Below are positions 47,399-57,671 of a stretch of 64,000 nucleotides of DNA, piece by piece. Source of the stretch: a virus; the IMG/VR virus record IMGVR_UViG_3300044608_002262, positions 2,801 to 66,800 of that record; one strand, written 5' to 3'. The notes beneath the pieces were generated by a model. The model saw only the letters and a list, made by a program, of their open reading frames with translations. It did no database searches and was not told the origin of the DNA. How positions within the stretch are numbered: position 1 is the first letter of the stretch; each line of letters starts with the position of its first letter. The translations under genes and the position numbers were made by a program.

Positions 47399-47829
47399 CA
47401 TACATGATTCGTCGAGAGGAGCTTCCGGCGGCGGTGTTGGCGCTGGATGAGATTTGTTTTCCGGGGGATTACCGGATCACGCCGGAGAATGCTTTGTGGT
47501 GGGTGGTGTGGTGTGGGGAGCAACCGGTGGGTTATGCGGGGTTGCGGCCTTGCATGGCGGAGGTGAATCGGGGGATCGGCTTTTTCAATCGCGCGGGCGT
47601 GGTCGCGGAGCATCGCGGCAAGGGGCTGCAAAAGCGGCTGATACGCGCAAGGGAAGCGGGAGCGCGCGCGGCGGGGCTGCGGGAGGTGGTGACTTATGTG
47701 GCGTCGTGGAATTGCGCGTCGATGAATTCGCTGATCGCGTGTGGATACAAGACGTATTCGCCTGCGGTGAAGTGGGGCGGTTCGGGTGCAGTCTATTTTT
47801 GGAAACAACTAACACAGAAAGGCAAATAA
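47395..47829 (+). CDS. GNAT acetyltransferase
   Basis: V..HRGKGLQKRLI motif A; NCASMNSL..CGY. Confidence 0.85.
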   Translation: MTYMIRREELPAAVLALDEICFPGDYRITPENALWWVVWCGEQPVGYAGLRPCMAEVNRGIGFFNRAGVVAEHRGKGLQKRLIRAREAGARAAGLREVVTYVASWNCASMNSLIACGYKTYSPAVKWGGSGAVYFWKQLTQKGK

Positions 47830-47831
47830 TA

Positions 47832-48518
47832 ATGAGTGAAGCAGCAAATATGGAGTTGGTGCCGATGGTCGGCGGTGAGTTGGAGAGGGAGCGGTCGTTC
47901 CGCATCACGCCGACAGGTGTGGTGTTTACGAAGGAACTGACGAAGGAGGAGTTCCGCGAACTGATCGGGATGTTCAAGGTGCTGGGAGATTCTTATGACA
48001 TCTGCCTCGGCACGACGCTGCGGGCGGGGATGGAGTGGTATGGCAAGGAGTATGTGGAGGGGGTTTTGGAGCAAGCGGAGTTTCCTTACGCGGCGGCGGT
48101 GCGTGCTCTGGTGCTCTCGCAGATGGAGTTGGATTTCACGGAGTGGACGGGATTGACGGGGGATCATTACCATGTGCTCGGTTTGGCTTTTCGCGGTGAT
48201 GCGACGTTGCAGGAGAAGTGGGCGCAGGAGACGGAGAAGCATCATTTGTCTCCGAGGGCGCTGAAGCGTTCGATCGAGCGTGGCGAGGTGGTGACGGACG
48301 CGCAGATCGAGGAGGAAAGTGGCGGTCATAGCGGGGGCTTTGGCTACCTCGATGAACTCGCCCTGGCCTATTCGCAGTGGTCGCGCCGCGTGGGTGGAAA
48401 GAAGGCGGTGATGGAGTTGCCGCGTGATGAGAAGATCAAGTGGCTGGGCAGTGTGCAGCCGATCGTGGAGTTGGCCGAAGAGGTCGAGGCTTCGCTGGAT
48501 GAGGGGGTGGAGAAATGA
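47832..48518 (+). CDS. Hypothetical protein
   Basis: Long in-operon ORF. Confidence 0.65.
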   Translation: MSEAANMELVPMVGGELERERSFRITPTGVVFTKELTKEEFRELIGMFKVLGDSYDICLGTTLRAGMEWYGKEYVEGVLEQAEFPYAAAVRALVLSQMELDFTEWTGLTGDHYHVLGLAFRGDATLQEKWAQETEKHHLSPRALKRSIERGEVVTDAQIEEESGGHSGGFGYLDELALAYSQWSRRVGGKKAVMELPRDEKIKWLGSVQPIVELAEEVEASLDEGVEK

Positions 48519-48727
48519 ACAATGAACAGGAAATAGCCGAGGCGTTGCTTGAGGGTCTGCTGGCAGTGGCTCGTTCCATCACTCCGAAGGGATTGCCGGG
48601 AACAGATGCAAACGGGGGAAGCGTCGACTCACTAACAGAGTCTTGCATGGGTATCACGGGCGGTCTTTGCCGCGTGGCGGCGGCCATAGACAACCTCGCA
48701 GACGCGATTGCAGACCGTGATGTATGA
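48515..48727 (+). CDS. Hypothetical protein
   Basis: DANGG.V.SLTE motif; ATGA overlaps. Confidence 0.6.
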   Translation: MNNEQEIAEALLEGLLAVARSITPKGLPGTDANGGSVDSLTESCMGITGGLCRVAAAIDNLADAIADRDV

Positions 48728-48885
48728 AGCACAAGGAGCAAATCGAGGTGGAATGGAGCGAATGCCCGATGTGTCTTGGGGCGAAGGTGTGCAAGACGCC
48801 ATCGGGATTGAAGGAGCAGCGCTGTGCTCTGTGTTCCGGCAAGGGGCGCGTGGTGGTGCGCGCCAAAAAGAAGGGGGGCAAATGA
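48724..48885 (+). CDS. 53-aa DnaJ-type zinc-finger miniprotein (below ORF-track cutoff)
   Basis: CPMCLGAK...CALCSGKG; ATGA overlaps at both ends. Confidence 0.7.
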   Translation: MKHKEQIEVEWSECPMCLGAKVCKTPSGLKEQRCALCSGKGRVVVRAKKKGGK

Positions 48886-49160
48886 TGGATCGCGCGGCTC
48901 GTGAGGCGGCGTTGCGGCGTTACGCGGACTATGCGGCGCGGCGTAAGGCGATTGATGCGGTGCTCACTTCCATGGATGAGGGTGGATGGAAAGGTGAGGG
49001 ATTAACCCGCGAGGAGGTGGCGGAGGTGCAGGCGGCTGGATTTGCAGCGGCAAGAGCAGTGGTGCAGCGGTGGCGCGAGGAGGCGCTGGCGCAGCAGGAA
49101 TCGGCACTCGATGAAATGGAGGAAGTGCAAACGGCAGCTTCGATGGTGACACAATCATAG
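48882..49160 (+). CDS. Hypothetical helical protein
   Basis: In-operon ORF. Confidence 0.5.
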   Translation: MMDRAAREAALRRYADYAARRKAIDAVLTSMDEGGWKGEGLTREEVAEVQAAGFAAARAVVQRWREEALAQQESALDEMEEVQTAASMVTQS

Positions 49161-49172
49161 GAACACACAGGG

Positions 49173-50486
49173 ATGGGTGTAGATAATAACAAAGGGTCGC
49201 TCCTCGTGAGCGACATAAAGGCACGGCTGTCGCTGGTCGATGTGGTGAGCAGCGATGTGCAGCTTCGCCGCAATGGGCAAACACGCTGGTCTGGGCTATG
49301 TCCATTCCACCGTGAAAAGACGCCGAGCTTCACGATATATGCGGGCAGGGATGGCGAGAGGTTTAAGTGCTGGGGGTGCGGTGAGTCTGGTGATGTTGTC
49401 GATTACTGGCAGAAGACGCAGGGCGGCGACTTTGGGCAAGCTATCGAAAGATTGGCTCAGATGGCGGGAATTGTGCCGGGGGAGGTGAATTCGGATCGCA
49501 AGAGGGTGGTGGCTCCGGCGGCGGTGGTAGAGGATGAGGTGAAGCCGTTAAGTGAGGTGGAGCATTTGAAGTGGGTGAGAGCGGCGGCGGAATTGGCTGA
49601 ATGTAATACGAGGGTGGGCCAATGGGCGCAGTGGCGGGGGCTTTCGGAGGAGGTGATGCGCTGGGCGGCGGTGCGGAGACTGTGCGGGACTCTGGTGTAT
49701 CGTGGGGAGTGGCGGGAGGCATTTGCGATCGAAAGGCCGTGCGAGGCAGGCTTGGAGCAGGTGGGTTGGCATGTGCGCCTCGCACCGCATTCGCAGGGCA
49801 ATAGGCATGATCGTGCTTCATGGCGCTATGAGCCGCAGGGGATTGGTTCGTGGCCGGTGGTGGTGTTGCCGGAGGGGGGAATGCAGAGCGCGCGGTTTGT
49901 TTTCATCTGCGAGGGCCAATGGGATGTGCTGGCCCTTGTCGATCTGATGGGGTGGCAAAAGAAGTGGCCGGAGAGTGTGGCGGTGTTTGGATTGCGTGGC
50001 GCAACGACTTGGCGGCGGCTACTGAAGTATAAGTGGCCGGTGGAGGCCACGGTGTTTCTGTTGGCCGATCGTGACGATGCGGGTCAGCGATGGCTCGTCG
50101 GCGATGGGTGTTTTGCCGAGGAGCTGCGTAAGCTCGTTCGCTTTGTCTATGGATTCTGGCCGCAGATCGAGGGCGCAAAGGATCTCAACGATGCGGTGCG
50201 GGCAATGAGTGTGGCAATGCGCGATGTCGTGCGAGGCAATCTACGAAGCAAGGTCGTGCAAGATCGCCAAGGTCGCCGCGTGACTAAAGTGACATTTTTC
50301 TCGTGGTCGAAGAAGCAGATCGAGCGCGATGACTTGGTGGGTCAATGGGGCCGATGGGTGAAAGCGATGAGTGGTGTGACTCCCAAGGGCCGCGCGCGTA
50401 AGACCGTCTGGTTGCGTTTTATGAATCCTCACAATGAAGCGAAGGCTTGGTTTGAATGTGCATGGAGGGAGTGGGAGAAGCTATGA
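49173..50486 (+). CDS. DNA primase (CHC2 zinc finger plus TOPRIM)
   Basis: CPFHREKTPSF..CWGC; ICEGQWD, ADRDDAG, KDLND. Confidence 0.9.
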   Translation: MGVDNNKGSLLVSDIKARLSLVDVVSSDVQLRRNGQTRWSGLCPFHREKTPSFTIYAGRDGERFKCWGCGESGDVVDYWQKTQGGDFGQAIERLAQMAGIVPGEVNSDRKRVVAPAAVVEDEVKPLSEVEHLKWVRAAAELAECNTRVGQWAQWRGLSEEVMRWAAVRRLCGTLVYRGEWREAFAIERPCEAGLEQVGWHVRLAPHSQGNRHDRASWRYEPQGIGSWPVVVLPEGGMQSARFVFICEGQWDVLALVDLMGWQKKWPESVAVFGLRGATTWRRLLKYKWPVEATVFLLADRDDAGQRWLVGDGCFAEELRKLVRFVYGFWPQIEGAKDLNDAVRAMSVAMRDVVRGNLRSKVVQDRQGRRVTKVTFFSWSKKQIERDDLVGQWGRWVKAMSGVTPKGRARKTVWLRFMNPHNEAKAWFECAWREWEKL

Positions 50487-50977
50487 GCGCCGTCGCAATC
50501 CAACAATCACCGGCTCTTGTGCCTGCTCTGCATGAAGTGCTGACAGGGGAGATGGCTAGTCGCTATGGCCCGTTGCCTGTTGTGCCCCTGCCTGCGGAGG
50601 ATGAATTGCTGATCGGATTTGTTCATGCGCTGGGATCACATTTACGGGGCAAGGGAATCTTTCGGCGCGATTATGTGGTAGTTATCCCTGATGAGGAGAA
50701 GCACAGGATCAGGTTAATCAATGCGGATTCGTTTTGCTCTTGGTCCCAACAGCATGTGGTGACGAGCAAAATAAAATACGATGCCAATGGTCAGCCCTAC
50801 ACGGTTTACAAGGACATGCCGGGTGAGGTGGCAAAGAAGGTGTTGGAGTCCGTGCTGCTCCGTCCATTTCTTGAAGAGATCGAAGAGGTGCATGAGGTGC
50901 CGCTGCCCTGCGCTGATGGCTCTGATCTCTTGCGCCCCGGATTGACCGCCGGAACTTTTACCTTCGCTTTTGAATAA
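50483..50977 (+). CDS. Replication-associated hypothetical protein
   Basis: Between primase and NTPase. Confidence 0.55.
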   Translation: MSAVAIQQSPALVPALHEVLTGEMASRYGPLPVVPLPAEDELLIGFVHALGSHLRGKGIFRRDYVVVIPDEEKHRIRLINADSFCSWSQQHVVTSKIKYDANGQPYTVYKDMPGEVAKKVLESVLLRPFLEEIEEVHEVPLPCADGSDLLRPGLTAGTFTFAFE

Positions 50978-50980
50978 TTT

Positions 50981-52174
50981 ATGCAAATGCCTGAAATCCG
51001 AAAAACTCCTACATCACGAGATATGCCATATTATGAATGGACGCTTGGGGAGAGCGTGAGCTATTTACGCTGGTTGCTCTCGGAGTTTCCTTTTTCCGAT
51101 TGGGTAGAGGTCGAGACTAGCGATGGAGAGGTCACGCGGCAAAGCCGTTCGCAAGCGGTTCAGGTGGCAGCGATGTTTTCGGTGTTTTGCAAGGCAATGA
51201 TGCGCCGTGGTTCGAACCGAATGGGCTTTATCTTCACGGCGAACTCGCAACGATCTGGCAAGTCGCTCTTGGCAAAGCTGGCAATCATGCCGCCCTGCGG
51301 CAACTTCAAGGGGCAATCGTGGAAGTCAAATGAGGAGGAGCTAAACAAGGTGATCGACGCCGAGATGATTGCGGGATCGAGCTATATCTGTTTTGACAAC
51401 GTGCGAGGCTACGTTGGAAGCCCGACACTTGAGGGCTTGATGACCAGCCCAAGTTGGACAGGTCGGATCTTGAAGGAGTCACAGATGTTCGAGGTCAAAA
51501 ATCGCATGACTCTTTTCATCACCGGCAATGAGTGCATTGTCTCCCCCGACATGGCGCATAGATGCCTGATCGTGGATTTGCACATAGATGAGGGAAACGT
51601 GCAGGACCGCGCCCCGTCATGGGTGCTGGATGAGTCGTGGCTACTGGAGAAAGAGAATCGGCGGTGCATTCTTTCGGCCTTGTGGGGTGTTGTGCGCGCT
51701 TGGGTGGCGGCGGGCAAGCCATTGGCGTCGAGCTTTGGTTTTAAGTCGCGCCTTGGCTTTGAGCATTGGGGAGACTTGATTGGTGGTATCGTTGGATTTG
51801 CCGGGTTTGGAGATTGTTTGGAGTTTCCTCAATTAGACGCGGGCGGCAACAGTGAGGAGCGAAGCATCCTTGACCTTTTGGATTACCTCATTGCCAAAAT
51901 GACCGAAAATCAGAAGGAATTTACATTCCAAGAGGTTTCTCAGATTTGCTACGAGGAAGGCCTCTTTGAATGGATGATGGAAGGCAAGGAGTATGATGGA
52001 ATGTTTACCGTAACTCCGAAATGCCGATCCTCTATGGGAAAATTGCTCAGTCGCTATGCTCCAAACACTGATGGGAATAAACTACCAAGAAGATACGTGA
52101 GGAATGGAGCGGTCTATCATTTTGGAACAAGAGGCAAGGGCCGTTACCGCCGATATTTCGTGAGAGATATTTGA
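50981..52174 (+). CDS. P-loop NTPase, primase-associated helicase
   Basis: ANSQRSGKS Walker A, ICFDN Walker B, ITGN, R finger. Confidence 0.8.
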   Translation: MQMPEIRKTPTSRDMPYYEWTLGESVSYLRWLLSEFPFSDWVEVETSDGEVTRQSRSQAVQVAAMFSVFCKAMMRRGSNRMGFIFTANSQRSGKSLLAKLAIMPPCGNFKGQSWKSNEEELNKVIDAEMIAGSSYICFDNVRGYVGSPTLEGLMTSPSWTGRILKESQMFEVKNRMTLFITGNECIVSPDMAHRCLIVDLHIDEGNVQDRAPSWVLDESWLLEKENRRCILSALWGVVRAWVAAGKPLASSFGFKSRLGFEHWGDLIGGIVGFAGFGDCLEFPQLDAGGNSEERSILDLLDYLIAKMTENQKEFTFQEVSQICYEEGLFEWMMEGKEYDGMFTVTPKCRSSMGKLLSRYAPNTDGNKLPRRYVRNGAVYHFGTRGKGRYRRYFVRDI

Positions 52175-52195
52175 CCCTCTATTATTCGCGGGTCC

Positions 52196-52231
52196 AAGGG
52201 TCACAGGATTTCCCTGTGACCCTTTTTGTTT
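52196..52231 (+). terminator. Intrinsic terminator
   Basis: AAGGGTCACAGG/CCTGTGACCCTT stem plus T-tract. Confidence 0.8.
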
Positions 52232-52654
52232 CTACGCAAAATAGCAGAGGTGGCGCATAGGCCGCAAACCTGACCTATGCAGGCGTATTTTTCTCAGCCT
52301 CAGTGTGTTCCTGAGAGTAAACAGTAGGTATTAGAGGTAGTATAGGTTTTCCCATATTAAAAAATACAAAGAAAGGGGAAAAAGCCGAAATCTATTAAGG
52401 GCAGCTGGAAGAAACCCATTCACCCATACGATCTATGCTCATTCGTGTGCAACGTCTTGATCACCAAGTGACTTGCGCTGGCATAGGTCGCGTGGCTTGC
52501 CTATGCGCTGACCTGTGCGAGTGTTTTTCACCACCACCAAGGTAAAGGAATCTCTTTAACCGCAAATCTAACAGGTTTCCGCGAAGCGGGCGGCTTGTAA
52601 ACCTGTTCGGGGTGGTTTAGTTGACAAGTTAAGTTGAGTGAGGGGTGGGCGTAT

Positions 52655-53311
52655 ATGGATGCCAGTGGAGAGCAGAAAGTAAAATTGTCCGACATCGCGG
52701 CTGATTGGGGGTGCTCGGTTGCCTATGTGAGCCGGATGAAGAATGAGAGGGGTTGCCCGGTGGAATCTTTGGAGGCCGCGCGGGAATGGAGAATGCAGAA
52801 TGCGGCGCGCGGTGGAACGGGCTACCGGAGTCGCGGCCAAAAAAAATCCCCCGCTCGTGAGAGCGAGGGAGTGAGCGCGGAGATCGAGCCGATTTCATTC
52901 GGGCCGGTGAAGAAGAAAAGCCTCAAAAGTATGGAGCAATCTCTGAAAGCCAGCGTCGAAATTGAGGAAAACGCGAAGTGGCTGGTAGACCGAGCGATTG
53001 CCTTGGATGAAGTCGAGAGGCTTCCGCTGTTATTGCAAAGCTACAACAAAGCGAAGGAGGGGCGGCTAACATCTGAGAAAATGGTTTTGGAGATAAAGGA
53101 GAAAGCGAAGGTGCTGGTTCCTTGGGATGATGCCCGGTCCCTTTTCGGTAAAGGGTGGGGGGCGTTGCTTTCTCGGTTGCGCGGCTTGCCGTCGATCCTT
53201 GGGCCAAAAGTGAATCCGGCGGACGACGTGACGGCGGCGGAGATCATCAGGCAAGACATCGAGCGGGCGATCGCAGACGGCCAGAAGGTTTATGAGCAAG
53301 TCATGGTATGA
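52655..53311 (+). CDS. terS: Terminase small subunit (Nu1-like)
   Basis: N-terminal wHTH (IAADWGCSVAYVSRM..GCP), coiled coil, upstream of terL. Confidence 0.8.
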   Translation: MDASGEQKVKLSDIAADWGCSVAYVSRMKNERGCPVESLEAAREWRMQNAARGGTGYRSRGQKKSPARESEGVSAEIEPISFGPVKKKSLKSMEQSLKASVEIEENAKWLVDRAIALDEVERLPLLLQSYNKAKEGRLTSEKMVLEIKEKAKVLVPWDDARSLFGKGWGALLSRLRGLPSILGPKVNPADDVTAAEIIRQDIERAIADGQKVYEQVMV

Positions 53312-55103
53312 CGAGGGGATGGCGGAGCTACGCAAGTTTTGCGTGGATACCCTTGCACCTGCCGATGACTTGCCTGTGTGGCAATGGCTGGAAAAGAACT
53401 GCTACGTGCGCGGCGACCATGAAGGCGCTTATTCTACGACCCTAACGCCCTATGCCAGAGAACCGCTAAATTGCTTCAAAGAGAAGCGCATCGAGGACTT
53501 GGCGCTGTGTTTCGCCGCACAGACGGCGAAGACAACGATTGTGATGGGCGGCGTCTCTTGGCTTTTGGTCAATAGTCCGTCCGATTCGCTGTGGGTCATG
53601 CCTGATAAAGAGCTTGGCGGCTCCTTTTCCCGCAATCGCTGGATTCCTTGGGTCGATGACTGTGTGCCGCTGCGGGCGCTGAAACCCCGCAACCGCAACT
53701 TTTTCACCACCCGCGAGCAGAAATTCGCCCGTGCCACGGTTTTCTGGGTCGGGTCGAACAGTCCCGGCCAGTTGGCATCGCGTCCCTGCGGCAACGTCAT
53801 TATGGACGAAACCGACAAATTCGGTCTGCGCAACGACCGCGAGGCCGGTGCGCTCAAAAATGCCGAGGAGCGGACCAAGACCTTCAATTTCCCGAAACGC
53901 ATCAAGACCTCTACTCCCACTGTCTATTATGGGGAAATCTGGCAAGAGTTCCTAAAGGGCGACCAGCGGTATTTCTGGGTTCCGTGTCCTCACTGCAAGG
54001 CCATGATCAAGCTGATGTGGAAGCAAGTTCGCTGGTGGGAGAAGGACGAGAGCGAAGCCAAGACCGACAACGAGTGGGATATGGGCAAAGTCGCGGCCAA
54101 TGCCCACTACGTCTGCCAAGAGTGCTCGGGCAAGATCCTCGATGCCCACAAGCCCGGTATGCTACTGGCCGGTGAATGGCGACCCTCCCGCGAAGCCGCC
54201 GAGGCATCCCGCCGCAGTTACCACCTTAATGCCCTTTACGCTCCGTGGAAGCAGACGCGATTCGGTGCCTTGGCCGTGAAATGGCTCCAGAGCAAAACGA
54301 CAGTCGATGGTCGGCAGAACTTCATCAACTCCACCCTCGCCGAACCCTTCGACGGGGAAAATGCCTACGACGACACGCCGGTTGTGACCGAGCCGTATCT
54401 GGTCGCAGAGATCCAGCGGGACCGCGTAGCCCTCATGACAGTGGACGTTCAGCGACCGGGCTTCTGGGCGGTGGTTCGCACCTGGGCGAAGTCTGGGGAA
54501 AGCTGGCTCCTCTGGGCCGGATTCGTCGAAACCATCGAGCAGCTTGACGTTCTCCAACAGAAGTATGCCGTGCAGCCCAATCACGTTATGATCGACGTGG
54601 CCGACCAGACCAACTTGGTCTGCAAATGGATGGTGGACAGGGATTGGCGCGGCGCGTGGGGCAGCGACAAGAAGGGATTTGTCCACGCCCTCGGTAATGG
54701 CTACCGGGTGCAGAAGCTCGTTTCCCCTGTCCAATGGCGCGATCCTCACTTGGGCACGGTCTATGCCAGCGAGCAGAATCCTCGCGCGCGCTATGTTTTC
54801 TGGGCCAACGATCCGATCAAAGACATTCTTGCCGTGCAGCGTCATGCCGAGCCGCGCCGCTGGCACGTTCATGGCGACATCCCGCAGGAATACACCCGAC
54901 ACCTGAATGCCGAGATGAAAGTCATGCGGCAGAATCCACGCACCGGACGCTACACCGTTGTTTGGAAGCAAATCCGCAAAGCCAACCACTTGCTGGACTG
55001 CGAGGCCATGCAGGTTGTCGATGCCCTGTGCTGCGGCATCATACAGGAAGACCACGAGAAATACGCCAACGCCCAGCAGGCATTAAGCCTTGAAGCGAAT
55101 TAG
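53292..55103 (+). CDS. terL: Terminase large subunit, lambda gpA family
   Basis: AAQTAKT, MDETDK, STPT, CPHC, VDVQ, NHLLDC. Confidence 0.93.
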   Translation: MSKSWYDEGMAELRKFCVDTLAPADDLPVWQWLEKNCYVRGDHEGAYSTTLTPYAREPLNCFKEKRIEDLALCFAAQTAKTTIVMGGVSWLLVNSPSDSLWVMPDKELGGSFSRNRWIPWVDDCVPLRALKPRNRNFFTTREQKFARATVFWVGSNSPGQLASRPCGNVIMDETDKFGLRNDREAGALKNAEERTKTFNFPKRIKTSTPTVYYGEIWQEFLKGDQRYFWVPCPHCKAMIKLMWKQVRWWEKDESEAKTDNEWDMGKVAANAHYVCQECSGKILDAHKPGMLLAGEWRPSREAAEASRRSYHLNALYAPWKQTRFGALAVKWLQSKTTVDGRQNFINSTLAEPFDGENAYDDTPVVTEPYLVAEIQRDRVALMTVDVQRPGFWAVVRTWAKSGESWLLWAGFVETIEQLDVLQQKYAVQPNHVMIDVADQTNLVCKWMVDRDWRGAWGSDKKGFVHALGNGYRVQKLVSPVQWRDPHLGTVYASEQNPRARYVFWANDPIKDILAVQRHAEPRRWHVHGDIPQEYTRHLNAEMKVMRQNPRTGRYTVVWKQIRKANHLLDCEAMQVVDALCCGIIQEDHEKYANAQQALSLEAN

Positions 55104-55123
55104 CAGGTGATTGAAAAAAAGCC

Positions 55124-55165
55124 AAAAAAAAATCCCCGCATGGTTTTACCCATGCGGGGTTTTTT
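55124..55165. terminator. Bidirectional terminator
   Basis: CCCCGCATGG/CCATGCGGGG stem flanked by A and T tracts between convergent genes. Confidence 0.85.
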
Positions 55166-55184
55166 GTGAGCGGCGCGGTTTGCG

Positions 55185-55824
55185 CTAATTCAGATTCTTC
55201 GTTCGTCCGAAGACATTATCGAAGGTGGCCGCTGCGCCTTGCTCGAAGACTGCGCGGCTGATGCCCTCGGCCTTGGCCAAGCTCGCGGCGGAGTAGAGTG
55301 CGGCGTTGATCGCATTGGTTACATTTCCTTCAGTGATCTTCTCCAAGGCCGTGATTGCATCCTCAACGATTTGGTTTCTGTCTTTCATGAGAGAAGCTCT
55401 GGATAATTGTCTTTGAAGTAAGCTCGCGTGTGGTGATCGGTGACAGCTCGCAGCAACTCCCATTGGCCAGTAGGCGTTCCGCCCTCCCAGCGTTCATAGA
55501 TTGCATCGTGCGGCGCGGCAGTAGCAATGGCACGTTCGACCTTATGTTCGCAGTCCGGGCTTCCCATCATTTTTTCCCAAGCTCGGATGCAGAGGTAATC
55601 GTTCATTTCTCCCTCTCCTTCGCTCCGCGCATCAGTTCGTAGTAGGCGAAGGTGGCACAGGCGAGGATCGCCGCGCGGTCGCTGTTTTCGATCTTCTGTT
55701 CGATCGCCATTCGTTCGACGGCGCGGCGGTGCTCGATGAGGATGTTGATGAGGTTGTCGCGGCCTTCTTGCCACGACTCCTCGATGGTTTTTCGTTTCTT
55801 GGGTGTTGGGTTTGGTTCGTTCAT
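55185..55824 (-). CDS. Three small early ORFs (55185-55388, 55385-55606, 55603-55824)
   Basis: ATGA-overlap chain. Confidence 0.55.
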
Positions 55825-56405
55825 AAGCGTTGTTTGATTTTGCCGTAGATCATCAGGCAGAGTTGTTTGGCCAGCGTGCGTCCCTCGTAGAACATCCGCA
55901 TGGCCGTGAGGAGGAAGAATCCTCCCATGAAGCGAACGAGCGAATACTCCGTGTTCCAGCAGATGAGTCCGAGCACCAAGTAGATCAAGCCGTAATACAG
56001 GTATCGCGTGCCCTCGTTGACTTGGGCTTGCGGCATGATCGGCGGAAGCGTGGGAGCGGTGGTTTCGGCGGTCGGTGAAACAAACCCCTGTGCCGGTCGC
56101 CGGATAAAAAGCATCGGCTCGGGTTGCGGCTCCGGGGGCGGCGGGTCGATGTAGCCCTGCAACCATGCGAAATGCTCCGGCGTCCATGCGAAGGTCAGCG
56201 TCGGCTGTTCCGATCGCAGGGTTCCGTTCTCGCGCGTGAGCACATCGTAAGCCAGCGGATCGCCGCGCGAGTCATCGTGGATGACGACCCACGAGTTATC
56301 CGTGGCGCAATCCACCCGCAGGGTTTGCCCGTCCATCTTCACCTTGCCGCGCTTCAGTTCGCCATCGGCGGTGACTACGGGTTTGAGCGGTGCGAGGACA
56401 CGCAT
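55821..56405 (-). CDS. Protein with two C-terminal TM helices
   Basis: YLYYGLIYLVLGLICW; FMGGFFLLTAM. Confidence 0.6.
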   Translation of the reverse strand: MRVLAPLKPVVTADGELKRGKVKMDGQTLRVDCATDNSWVVIHDDSRGDPLAYDVLTRENGTLRSEQPTLTFAWTPEHFAWLQGYIDPPPPEPQPEPMLFIRRPAQGFVSPTAETTAPTLPPIMPQAQVNEGTRYLYYGLIYLVLGLICWNTEYSLVRFMGGFFLLTAMRMFYEGRTLAKQLCLMIYGKIKQRL

Positions 56406-56436
56406 GATGTCAGTGTTCAGTTTCGGGAAGACGGAA

Positions 56437-56640
56437 TCAAGCCGTCTTACGCTTGGTTTTCTTGGGTCGTTTTGGGGGTGGCTTGGGCATCTCGGCCAAG
56501 TCGCAGGTGCGGAGGATGTCGTTGAGGAATTCCTGCACCATTTGCAGGCTCATCACGGCATCGGCGGCGAGGGTGAGCGCCTGCCAGATGAGGCGGTCGC
56601 GGTCATCCTTGGTGTAATACTTGGTTTTGGGTTCGGTCAT
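56437..56640 (-). CDS. Hypothetical protein
   Basis: Operon chain. Confidence 0.5.
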   Translation of the reverse strand: MTEPKTKYYTKDDRDRLIWQALTLAADAVMSLQMVQEFLNDILRTCDLAEMPKPPPKRPKKTKRKTA

Positions 56641-57671
56641 GCGGCTTTGGCTTGTGCGGGTTGTGCCGTCCTCATTGGCATGAGGACGAGTTGTGCGTTG
56701 TGCGGGTGGTCCGTTTTGGTGAACAGACCCGGAGAGAGGTCGTCGAGCACGTCCAGCGTGTTGAATCCGGCCTTGAGATAGGGGCGCACGAATTCGGCGT
56801 TGAATGAGATGTCGCTCGTGCCATCCGCGATACAGAAGATATTACGGGCGTGTTCGCGCCCTTCTGGGTCGATCAGCACAATCTGCGACACCCCCTTGCG
56901 GATGCGGAAGTGGAATTGCTCGTCGCGCAACAGGTGAAATGGCAGCGAGTCCAGCGCCTCGATCACGTGCTGCGGGTTGAACTGCACATTGACCAGCGCG
57001 GGCTTTGGCATGACCTTGCGCCATTCGGGGTAGTTGCCATCCACGGCCCTGACCACCAGCGTCATGTTGCCGCCGCGCAGCCGTAGGAACTTCTGGCCAT
57101 TGCGCTCCGTCACTTGGATGAACGCTTCGCCCTTTACCGAGCGATGGAATGCGCGGATTAGCTTGGAGTCCGGCACGATGAGCGGTTTGTCGTGGATCGT
57201 TTGGTGGCCTTGCGAGACGTAGAGGCAGCGTCCGTTGGTGGCGATGATATGGTCGCCTTCGAGGCACGTGCCGTTCAGCACGTAGCGGGTCGTATCGGTC
57301 GAGATGCTGTGCTCGGCTTCGAGCATTGCCGTCACCGGATACGGATGCGCCGTGGGCGGGAAGGGCGTGCTGGCCGCTTCGCCGATCACGCGGATCAGTT
57401 CGTCCGTATCCTTCTTGCCGACCGGAGTGATCGCCGCGAAAGGATCGCGGCTTTTGGTCTTGGCGTGGTGTTTGAGGTCATCGAGCGATACGGCATACGG
57501 CGCGTTCCTCTGCGGTTGGCAGGGGATGGTTACGCTCATGGCTCCCCACGAGTTCTTCGTGGCGAGGGCGGTGAGGGTCACGTGGTCATGCGCTGGACGC
57601 ACGAGCACATTGCACAATGCCGGTATTGCTTTTTGGTCTATGGCTTTACTGAGCAGGTTCGTGTAGTTCAT
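56637..57671 (-). CDS. dnaN: DNA polymerase III beta-clamp-like protein
   Basis: STDTTRYVLNG, ATNGR.L, DGNYPEWRKVMP, FNAEF, LMPMR. Confidence 0.8.
   Translation of the reverse strand: MNYTNLLSKAIDQKAIPALCNVLVRPAHDHVTLTALATKNSWGAMSVTIPCQPQRNAPYAVSLDDLKHHAKTKSRDPFAAITPVGKKDTDELIRVIGEAASTPFPPTAHPYPVTAMLEAEHSISTDTTRYVLNGTCLEGDHIIATNGRCLYVSQGHQTIHDKPLIVPDSKLIRAFHRSVKGEAFIQVTERNGQKFLRLRGGNMTLVVRAVDGNYPEWRKVMPKPALVNVQFNPQHVIEALDSLPFHLLRDEQFHFRIRKGVSQIVLIDPEGREHARNIFCIADGTSDISFNAEFVRPYLKAGFNTLDVLDDLSPGLFTKTDHPHNAQLVLMPMRTAQPAQAKAA

Noticed and set aside
50456-52174. Pseudogenised primase-helicase split at 50977
   Set aside because: Both ORFs have their own ATG and look intact; the two are in the same frame, but read-through cannot be shown from sequence alone
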